NCBI GenBank assembly: GCA_963665125.2
Contig: CAXXUK010000001.1
Span: 1,568,001 to 1,632,000 of the forward strand
Direction of reading: 5' to 3'
Origin: an uncultured Desulfarculus sp.
GTDB lineage: Bacteria > Desulfobacterota > Desulfarculia > Desulfarculales > Desulfarculaceae
DNA: 64,000 bases
A program made the translations under genes and the position numbers. This document shows positions 57,601 through 64,000 of this stretch, piece after piece. The notes beneath the pieces were generated by a model. It was not told where the DNA came from, did no database searches, and saw only the letters and a program-made list of their open reading frames with translations. Within the stretch, counting starts at the first letter, position 1, and the number at the start of each line of letters is the position of its first letter.

Positions 57601-58924
57601 CGCTGACGACCTTGAAGGCTTTGACCAGTTCAAGGAAGCCATCACCGAGCTTGATGAATTGCTCGGGCCTCTGTCCGGCGGGCTGCGCGGGATCATCGAA
57701 GACCTCGACCTGCAGAACATCAGCGCTGAAGACCTGGCCGCCACCATCGAAGAGCGGCTCACACCGGCTTGGCTGATTCAGAACGAATTGAACCACAACC
57801 TGGCAGATGGGGTTAATGCGCTCACGGCCCATGAGCAGGCCCTGGATCAGACCATAAGCAGTCTGCTGGGCACCACGGACCTGACGGCGGAGGCCCAGGA
57901 CGATCTCATTGATCTATTGATGCGCGAATCGGGCAGCGTGGCTGATCTCACGGCCAAGTACAACCGCTATCAGGAAATACAGGGCCTGCTGAAAAATTCG
58001 TACAGCATGAGCCGCGAGGAAGTCGAGGCCCTGGTTGCCGAAGGCCAGGCCCTGCACCGTGAGCTCGGTCTGGAAAGCAACTCCATGGCCGGGTTGACCA
58101 GCGCCACGGAAAAGATGACCGCGGCCGCGATTATGATGTCCGCGGCCATGAAAGGCATTGATACCGATACGGCCATCGCCGAACTTGACGGCCTGGTTGA
58201 CAAGCTATATGGAGCGGCGGACGGAGCGGACGAGCTTACAACTGCCATAGGCGCGGCCAACGAGGCCGTGGCCAGCCCAACCGAGCAAATTGATACAGCT
58301 GCCAAGGCCCTGGACAGCTACGGCGCCAGTGCTGAAACAGCCGCTGTTTCCTTTGGCAAACTTGCTCTTGGGATACAGGCCGTGGGCGGCATTGATTCCC
58401 TGCCCACCGAATTCAAGGCCATCCTGTCCGACCTCACTTATCACGACGGCGGGCTGATCCCCAGGTACCACGGCGGCGGATTCATCCAGGCCGCCATGGC
58501 GTCCGGCTTCATCACCGAACACGGCGGGGCGCTGCCCCGGATGCACACGGGCGGGCTTGCTTCCGACGAACTGGGCATCATCGCCCAAAGGGGCGAATTC
58601 ATGGTCCAGCGTAGCGCCGTGAACGCCGGAACCCTGCCCTGGCTCACCTATCTCAACGAGTTCGGCCGGGTGCCCGAACTGCCCCCAGCCCTTTTGGCTC
58701 CGGTGGCCGTACCGGGCGTGCAGTCCCAGCGCGGACCCACGGTGCACCTGTCGCAGCAATTCATCATCGACGGCGATGTGGTCGGCGATCAGGGAGCCCT
58801 GAACCGCATCGGAGCCATGGCCGCCAAGGCAGCCAAGGACGGCGCCCTGCAGGCTCTGCGCGAAAGCAGCGCCCGGGGCCAGGTGGTCATAGACGCCCGG
58901 GGCGTCGGGAATCTGAGGGGTTGA
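54680..58924 (+). CDS. Tape measure protein
   Basis: 1414 aa, helical and Ala-rich; ALAQMISKGTVQAEELRGQLGE. Confidence 0.93.
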   Translation: MGIRIPGIYVEIAGDTTQLKQDMTRARGIVRETAEDMSDAIGNALDDDRVKRYTNSLIGNLNRAHRATQVAGRQFDKLKLDLKEVGHVTGLTDREFQQLHSRMLKTQATKTAERALKSLQSQANLTNLQMAKLRLRMGDATGAARTMAGVVVSKFQAVTRTIFNLGTAVAALGVGYAVGEIYDAGKAADQLNRSFKAIFGSTQAASEEMDWLRGVADRLGQNFWDLTDSYKGIAAAARGTSLEGEAVRNVFEAITMASTALGLSSDQTKGALNALAQMISKGTVQAEELRGQLGERLYGAFQVAARAMGVSTEQLGKMLEKGEVLAADFLPRLAAEIKKTYGEEAVKNVNSATAAQNKFSEAWSDFIVEISTSGALDSMTETLRDLTESLKDPDAKDAAKAIGRAMATIVEVGGNALIVLGNIIKKGQDLYDKFNQLTDATEEAQRDHYRESYKEQIARLQEILEKAGDEDNGIYHLTEAGIERFKAKIAELQYKLQELDIQTAESRGKLVDAANATADAWGWAADEFKKDAKASTDAAQSGAKATVKVNEKAAKQLEIIRKKLDEKVARIDEDAFQREVRQLEELEQEHSRISGKRYLTNEQYNDKLSEIGRRATEDAISQLEKEVQAADKAAGQKYEAEKTWLQKTVESWQDYDHLLEEGTKNTVNAVSDAWFGFIDDFDFSLDAIGDSFGDLAGTIFTIWKRMLAQLLAQWTLSGFAGLFSGQGFSGFSLNIAGQAGGSTLASAGNGISSFVSSLFGSAGGPTITDQMGNWLVSTFGNNPAGWTGALPTSTLMGMDAATWSSVLGTAGTGLAAGMAGYTLAPLIYGDDNYSDIGGGLGSAAGAVIGSTLLPGIGTWAGAILGGLAGGGLGSLFGGDDDSDAEEALGYFAQNIQKITSGEDGGRAWLDAINQYEKSDNKARSKYGELQEIYEELRKAGALEWWAPDYYTGKTKGHLDDASYWMASSALGGIDADDLEGFDQFKEAITELDELLGPLSGGLRGIIEDLDLQNISAEDLAATIEERLTPAWLIQNELNHNLADGVNALTAHEQALDQTISSLLGTTDLTAEAQDDLIDLLMRESGSVADLTAKYNRYQEIQGLLKNSYSMSREEVEALVAEGQALHRELGLESNSMAGLTSATEKMTAAAIMMSAAMKGIDTDTAIAELDGLVDKLYGAADGADELTTAIGAANEAVASPTEQIDTAAKALDSYGASAETAAVSFGKLALGIQAVGGIDSLPTEFKAILSDLTYHDGGLIPRYHGGGFIQAAMASGFITEHGGALPRMHTGGLASDELGIIAQRGEFMVQRSAVNAGTLPWLTYLNEFGRVPELPPALLAPVAVPGVQSQRGPTVHLSQQFIIDGDVVGDQGALNRIGAMAAKAAKDGALQALRESSARGQVVIDARGVGNLRG

Positions 58925-58926
58925 CC

Positions 58927-60054
58927 ATGACGTGGAACGACCTCATCAGGCGGCCCGACAGCCAGAAGGTGTATCAGGTCGAGATTGAGATGGCCCGCGA
59001 TAACGGCGGCATTGAGACGCACACGCTCAGGCTGATCACCAGGGGCCATGACCCGGACAAGACGGCCCATTATTATGAGCCGCGTATTTCGGGCATCCCC
59101 TCGTTCACCATCGAGATGCAGGAGGCACGCTACGGCCAAAGCGCCATCAGCTTCGGCAGCCTGGAGATAGTCAACACTGACGGCAAGCTGGACACCTACG
59201 CGACAGGTTGGACCTGGCTCGGCCGTCCGGTGGTGGTCAAGCTGGGCTTCCCTGAGCTCAGCTCCGATCAGTACGAAACCGTCTTCACGGGCCGCATTGC
59301 CGATGTTGATTTTGATGACAATTACATCAGCCTGGGCATCGAGGATTACCAGGGCGACCTCTGGAACAAGCACCGCACTGCGGGCGACTACAGCGGCACG
59401 ATTCCGACCCTCGTATCAGCGTGCCTGACCGGGGCGGGCATCACCAATATCGACACCACCGCCTGGAACGCCTGGGCCGCGGCCAACGGTTTCAGCGCCT
59501 GGTATCGCGCCGGCGGTGAGGAATCCATCAGCACCATCCTGGACGACATCCTGGTCCCTCTGGCCTGCTGGTACACCTTTGACCGCACCGGCACCTTCAT
59601 CATCGGAACCATGCTGGCTCCTAGCGGCACCCCCGACCTGAGCATCCGGGATGCAGAGATCGTCAACGACACGCCCGGCGAAATGCTCAAGCAGTATTGG
59701 AAGGTCGGCGTGCGGTACTTGACGTCCACGGGCGACAACCCGGAGTACGCCACCACCAGCCGGGAAGACTCGAGCATCCTGACGCTCAATCCCACGGCCC
59801 AGGAAACCGTAAAGGAATCGTGCCTGACCGTTGCGGCCCAGGCCCAGACCGTGCGGGACAGGTGGTGGGCTCTGCGCTCGGTGCCCCGGACGATTATCAG
59901 GCCCTGCGTCATGGCCCAGGCTTCGGCTCTGCGCCTTGGCCATCAGGTTGAGCTCAGCGGCAGAAGCCGCTACAGCCAAAACGGCCTGTGGCGCGTAACC
60001 GGCCTCAATGAGGACTGGGACAACTCCCAAACCACCCTGGGGCTGTTCAGATGA
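58927..60054 (+). CDS. Tail tip / baseplate hub-like protein
   Basis: Follows the tape measure gene; VFTGRI motif. Confidence 0.65.
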   Translation: MTWNDLIRRPDSQKVYQVEIEMARDNGGIETHTLRLITRGHDPDKTAHYYEPRISGIPSFTIEMQEARYGQSAISFGSLEIVNTDGKLDTYATGWTWLGRPVVVKLGFPELSSDQYETVFTGRIADVDFDDNYISLGIEDYQGDLWNKHRTAGDYSGTIPTLVSACLTGAGITNIDTTAWNAWAAANGFSAWYRAGGEESISTILDDILVPLACWYTFDRTGTFIIGTMLAPSGTPDLSIRDAEIVNDTPGEMLKQYWKVGVRYLTSTGDNPEYATTSREDSSILTLNPTAQETVKESCLTVAAQAQTVRDRWWALRSVPRTIIRPCVMAQASALRLGHQVELSGRSRYSQNGLWRVTGLNEDWDNSQTTLGLFR

Positions 60055-60905
60055 GAATCCTGGCCAACACATATTTTGACGATGCGGCGATCGCCGCCAC
60101 GGTGCCCGACGCCATAGATGCGGACTGGCCCTTGGCCAACCTGCAGAGCACCTACCGCAAGGAGGTCATGAAGACCACGGGCACGGGCCAGGTGACGCTT
60201 AGGATCGATCTGGGCGCAACCCAGCAGTGTTCCGGCTTGGGGCTCATTGAAACCGATCTATCCCCGGGCGCCGGAATCACGCTACGGGCCTATGCCGATG
60301 CCGCCTATTCGCAGCTGCAGGTCGAGCAGGCCTGGAGCGCCATTGGCCCCATCACCAAGTGGGGAGACGCCCGGTGGGGCGAATTCCCTTATGGCGGCCT
60401 GCCCACGCCGGAAGAGCTGGCCTATTTCCCCAGGCCCGCCTACGGCTACTGGCTCACCGAAGGCGACTATCTTGCCCGGCTGGCCCGCTATTGGGAACTG
60501 GAGATCGACAACGGCACAACCGAGTTCTATTTGGGCCGGGTGCTGCTGGGTCCCTTGTGGGAGCCGGTGAACAAGGCCGCCTACGGGGCCAGGGTGCAGC
60601 GGGTTTCGCCCAGCAAAATCATTGCCCCGCGCAACGCCATCTTCACCAACCGCTTGGAAAAATATTGGTCCGTGGAATTCAGCTTCCCCATGCGCGACAG
60701 CGAGGTGCAGAGCGAGTTTGCCCGGCTGGTGTCCGCGGTGGGCGTGGACAAGGACTTTCTCTTGGAACTACGCAGCGACGCCGACGACCGCACCCGGTGT
60801 TTCTACACCTATTACGGACGCTTTGAGGATCAATCCCCGGCAGTGAGCATGGCCAACTACAACCACAACACCGCGGACGTGCGGTTCAGAGAGGTGGTGG
60901 AATAA
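60051..60905 (+). CDS. Minor tail protein
   Basis: ARYWELEI..YLGRVLLG; gene position. Confidence 0.65.
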   Translation: MRILANTYFDDAAIAATVPDAIDADWPLANLQSTYRKEVMKTTGTGQVTLRIDLGATQQCSGLGLIETDLSPGAGITLRAYADAAYSQLQVEQAWSAIGPITKWGDARWGEFPYGGLPTPEELAYFPRPAYGYWLTEGDYLARLARYWELEIDNGTTEFYLGRVLLGPLWEPVNKAAYGARVQRVSPSKIIAPRNAIFTNRLEKYWSVEFSFPMRDSEVQSEFARLVSAVGVDKDFLLELRSDADDRTRCFYTYYGRFEDQSPAVSMANYNHNTADVRFREVVE

Positions 60906-61897
60906 TGCCTGATTACAGTTCTTTCAAGCCCACCAGCGATGGAGACGGCCGCGATTACGTGCAGAAGTGGCCGGCTTTCGTGGATCAGGTCGGCGAAGAC
61001 CTGGACGGCAAAGCCAACGCCCTGCATACCCATGGCGAAGGCCCGCCTGCAGGCGCCCCGATTCCGTTCTCTGAGCAGGCGGAGGAACCTGCGTGCGGCG
61101 CAGATGAAGGCGTAATCTACACCGCCGACGATGGCGGCGATACCTGCCTTTACTACAAAGCAGGGGAAAAGGTGCTCGAACTGGCTCGACCGGGGCAAGT
61201 GCCCGCTCCCGGCTACATCATCGGCATGCAGCTTAGCGAAGCAAGTGCAACAGAGATCACAATTCAGCCCGGCGCGTGTGAGACCGATGGAAAACTTTAT
61301 GTGCTGGAAAGCGCTGTAACGATTGACGTATTAGCCACGTCATTGTTCACAATACGCGGAATCAACATAATACCGCCAGCCAGTGGAAGCTTGTTGTCGG
61401 CGGAGTGTTTTCAGGACATCACCGCCACCCCGGCCTACATCCAAAAAAGCGACGACGGCACCTATTGGCATCGAGTCGGCCAACCGACGCGGCGTGTTAT
61501 CGGGCTTTATCCAGCAAAAGATGATGCAGTGCTAAGCGGGTTTAGCACAAAAAGCGGCGGGGAATATAATTGCGGAACTGTGTTGATAGTCGCCGAGACA
61601 TCGCCGCCGACAAGTGCCACGCCGTACAATGTCGGCCTGCCCAACCTCGAGTCCGGATACAACATCACAGGACACTACACAGCTAGGATAAATGGAGACT
61701 CGTCAACGACAACTCAGCGTCTCCTCGTGAATAGCGCCTACACAATGGGCGGAACAGGCCGCGAACACTACCAAGGAATAGAAATCAAAGCTGACGACGG
61801 CTACGCCGATCTGCATGTCTCGAATGTTGGAGGCACGGCGACGGTGATGTACCTCTACCTGAATGCGATTGACATCCCCACCGGCATGGCCAGGTAA
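60905..61897 (+). CDS. Tail fibre / receptor-binding protein
   Basis: Gene position; PGYIIGMQLS..ITIQPGAC; beta-rich distal half. Confidence 0.6.
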   Translation: MPDYSSFKPTSDGDGRDYVQKWPAFVDQVGEDLDGKANALHTHGEGPPAGAPIPFSEQAEEPACGADEGVIYTADDGGDTCLYYKAGEKVLELARPGQVPAPGYIIGMQLSEASATEITIQPGACETDGKLYVLESAVTIDVLATSLFTIRGINIIPPASGSLLSAECFQDITATPAYIQKSDDGTYWHRVGQPTRRVIGLYPAKDDAVLSGFSTKSGGEYNCGTVLIVAETSPPTSATPYNVGLPNLESGYNITGHYTARINGDSSTTTQRLLVNSAYTMGGTGREHYQGIEIKADDGYADLHVSNVGGTATVMYLYLNAIDIPTGMAR

Positions 61898-61906
61898 GGA
61901 GCAGAC

Positions 61907-62467
61907 ATGACTATCTATATTGTCAATTCCATTACCAACGAAATCGTTGCAAGGTTCGCCGCTGAGCAGCCCATCCGCCAAGCCCATCTTTTGGCCGAAG
62001 ATGAAAACCGCGCACGCGTCGAAGACCCCGGTGACTATGACCGCCAGACCCACATCTATGTAGATGGCGCGTTCGTGGCGATTCCCGAACCCACGGCGGC
62101 GGAAATGCTGGTTGCGGCCAAGTACAAGGCCCAGGGCAACCTGCTAGTCAATGTGAACCGCTTCATTGAGGCAAAGCCCACTGGCGAAACCCGCTATGAC
62201 CAAAACCTAAAGCTCAATCTGATGCAGGCGGCAATGGATGCCATGGCAGCAGGCCAGGCCGTGCCCGCGCCCGTTACCCAGGTGCGCACCTGGATCAGCA
62301 CCGTGCAATCGGCCTATTTCGAGCGCAAGCAGGCCATAGCCGCGGCAGTGGATCAATCAGCCCTTGATGCCGTGGATATCAGCTACGGCTGGTTTGAGGC
62401 GCTCTACGGCGTCGAGGGCACCTTGCAGCCGGATCCCGACGTCTACACCAGCGCCATTGTCAGTTGA
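61907..62467 (+). CDS. Tail fibre assembly-like protein
   Basis: Follows the fibre gene; KQAIAAA..ALDAVDI tail. Confidence 0.55.
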   Translation: MTIYIVNSITNEIVARFAAEQPIRQAHLLAEDENRARVEDPGDYDRQTHIYVDGAFVAIPEPTAAEMLVAAKYKAQGNLLVNVNRFIEAKPTGETRYDQNLKLNLMQAAMDAMAAGQAVPAPVTQVRTWISTVQSAYFERKQAIAAAVDQSALDAVDISYGWFEALYGVEGTLQPDPDVYTSAIVS

Positions 62468-62474
62468 GGGAGCC

Positions 62475-62723
62475 ATGGAGGGTAAAGAGTTGCTGTCTTG
62501 GGGCGTGCTGATCGTGGGCGTCTTGTCTCCGGTGGTCACTGTGGCCATCTGGTTCGGCGGCATGAGGCAGCGGCTCATTGCCATTGAAAAGCAAATCAGC
62601 GTGTGCAAGACGGCCCGCGAAAAAGAGGAAAAGGAACTCCACGGGCGGATCACAGACGCGGCCAAGGAATTGACCTACCTCAAGGGCCGGTTCAACGGCC
62701 ACACGGAAAAGGGCAAGCCATGA
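62475..62723 (+). CDS. Holin-like membrane protein
   Basis: One TM helix plus a coiled coil; ATGA-coupled to the endolysin. Confidence 0.6.
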   Translation: MEGKELLSWGVLIVGVLSPVVTVAIWFGGMRQRLIAIEKQISVCKTAREKEEKELHGRITDAAKELTYLKGRFNGHTEKGKP

Positions 62724-63085
62724 GCATCAACTGGGACGCATATCGCTACTTCAAGCGGCACGAGTTTAAATGCAAATGCGGCTGCGGCCGGGCTGAAATG
62801 GATCCCGCGTTCGTGGCCCTGTTGGACAGGCTGCGCGGCCTGGTAGGCAGGCCCTTGACCGTCACCAGCGGATTTCGCTGCCCGGACTATGACCAAAAAT
62901 ACGGCGGCAAGGGCAACCACAGCACGGGCCTTGCCGCGGATATTGCGACGGCCAACAGCACTGAGCGCTATGAACTGGTCACGCTGGCTGCATTCATGGG
63001 AATTGACCGCATCGGCGTGGGAGATGGTTTTGTGCACCTTGACAATGTGCCGCACAAACCCCGCCCGGTACTCTGGACCTATTAG
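62720..63085 (+). CDS. Endolysin, peptidase M15 family
   Basis: YFKRHEFKCKCG, VTSGFRC, H..GLAADI and FVHLD. Confidence 0.9.
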   Translation: MSINWDAYRYFKRHEFKCKCGCGRAEMDPAFVALLDRLRGLVGRPLTVTSGFRCPDYDQKYGGKGNHSTGLAADIATANSTERYELVTLAAFMGIDRIGVGDGFVHLDNVPHKPRPVLWTY

Positions 63086-63095
63086 GAGGTTTGAC

Positions 63096-63644
63096 ATGAA
63101 AAAAGTATTGGCCCTGTTGTTGATCATCGCCCTGGCCGTGGTTGCCGGATGCACCACGGTCAGCAAGATTACCACAACCACCGTTGGCCCAGATGGCAAT
63201 ACCGTCACCGTGGTTCAGGAACTGACTGACGAGGCGGTGTTTGTCCAGGCCCAGCAGGCGGCCATCAAACCCATCGTGAGCATTACCGCCGTGGATGACA
63301 CCAAGCCCATTACTCTGAGCAACGTGGCCAAATTCGAGGTGTTCGGCGGCGAAGGTGGCAAGATCAGGCAATATCGCCATCCGGCTTGGGATGTACTGAG
63401 CCAGTACGGCGGTGTAGCAGGCGCTATTCTCGGAGCAGGTGTGGCAGGCTACTATGCCAACGAATTGGCGGCCACGGTCGGTGCGGCGGCCGGCACAAAA
63501 ATCACCGGCAGTTTCAACCAGAGCGGGGCTCAGAGTTCCTTGAACTATGCGCCCGGCAACAGCACCGGCAACACCACCCTTGCCCCTGCTGACAGCCACG
63601 ACAGTACGGACTCTCATGACGTAAGCGAGTCGGCCGATGAATAA
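63096..63644 (+). CDS. Phage lipoprotein, possibly spanin-like
   Basis: AGGAGG RBS, lipobox VVAGC and a second hydrophobic Gly/Ala segment. Confidence 0.65.
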   Translation: MKKVLALLLIIALAVVAGCTTVSKITTTTVGPDGNTVTVVQELTDEAVFVQAQQAAIKPIVSITAVDDTKPITLSNVAKFEVFGGEGGKIRQYRHPAWDVLSQYGGVAGAILGAGVAGYYANELAATVGAAAGTKITGSFNQSGAQSSLNYAPGNSTGNTTLAPADSHDSTDSHDVSESADE

Positions 63645-64000
63645 GGGGCGATTCCTCAACGAACCCGAGGTAAAGAGGCACCGGCCCCAAAATGCCGCAT
63701 GGTGGAAGTTCTGGGCTCTGGCAAGCGCCTGGGAATTGCTGGCTCCATTGGAGTTTGTGTCCGCCGATGGCACTAAGTACACGGTGCCAAAGGGCTTTGT
63801 CAGCGACGGGGCCAGCGTACCTTGGCTGTTGTGGTTCCTGATATCTCCCACCGGTGCGCTGTTCGCAGCGGCCATCCTCCATGACTTTCTGTATAGCGAA
63901 GAGGCGAAGCGGCGTTACGGGATCAATATCAGCCGAGCTAAAGCCGACGCGCTGTTCAAGGAGGCTGCGGAAGCTGACGGAGCCGGCGGATTTAAGAGCA
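63637..64000 (+). CDS. DUF1353-like phage protein, 3'-partial
   Basis: Manual translation gives VPKGFVSDGASVP..AAILHDFLY..SRAKADALF. Confidence 0.8.
   Translation, partial: MNKGRFLNEPEVKRHRPQNAAWWKFWALASAWELLAPLEFVSADGTKYTVPKGFVSDGASVPWLLWFLISPTGALFAAAILHDFLYSEEAKRRYGINISRAKADALFKEAAEADGAGGFKS

Larger units (their letters stand above)
20745..64000. mobile_element. HK97-like siphoviral prophage integrated at tRNA-Val; right end lies outside the window
   Basis: Integrase next to the tRNA, then CI/Cro, replication, HNH-terminase, portal, protease, capsid, tail and lysis genes in canonical order. Confidence 0.95.

Noticed and set aside
58438..58560. Repeated HxGG motifs at the tape measure C-terminus
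   Set aside because: These are common in siphophage tape measure tails and are not evidence of a separate system.
60905..62467. Diversity-generating retroelement or invertible tail-fibre cassette
   Set aside because: No reverse transcriptase, invertase or TR/VR repeat pair is seen in the window; sequence beyond 64000 cannot be assessed.

Overview
The window is GC-rich bacterial chromosome; gene content suggests a Desulfobacterota-like deltaproteobacterium, which is an inference. Bases 1-20.7 kb are ordinary core genes: glgA, larE, pyrG-kdsA-kdsC, proC, xerD, a CBS/tRNA nucleotidyltransferase, scpAB and rluB. A tRNA-Val(CAC) at 20670-20744 is followed by a largely intact HK97-like siphoviral prophage that runs off the right end. 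It carries integrase, CI/Cro-type immunity, replication, HNH/terminase, head, tail and lysis modules. Four observations stand out. (1) A type II hammerhead ribozyme sits in the early operon (33603-33666). Just downstream is a 28-nt segment complementary, with only two G-U wobbles, to a predicted small RNA made from a consensus promoter in the integrase leader 11.5 kb away: a candidate ribozyme plus trans-antisense lysis/lysogeny circuit. (2) An AT-rich six-gene cargo operon encodes a PP-loop ATPase, a membrane-anchored degenerate KaiC-like protein, an HD dNTPase-like protein, two SPPY methyltransferases and an NMP kinase; I cannot match it to a named defence system. (3) Two stand-alone NrdR/Ogr-like zinc-ribbon genes are each paired with an ACTAYATRTAGT palindrome at identical spacing from a -10 hexamer ahead of a late module. 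(4) Accessory cargo is decaying: an IS3 insertion and two nonsense codons. All functional calls come from motif recognition only; no searches were run.
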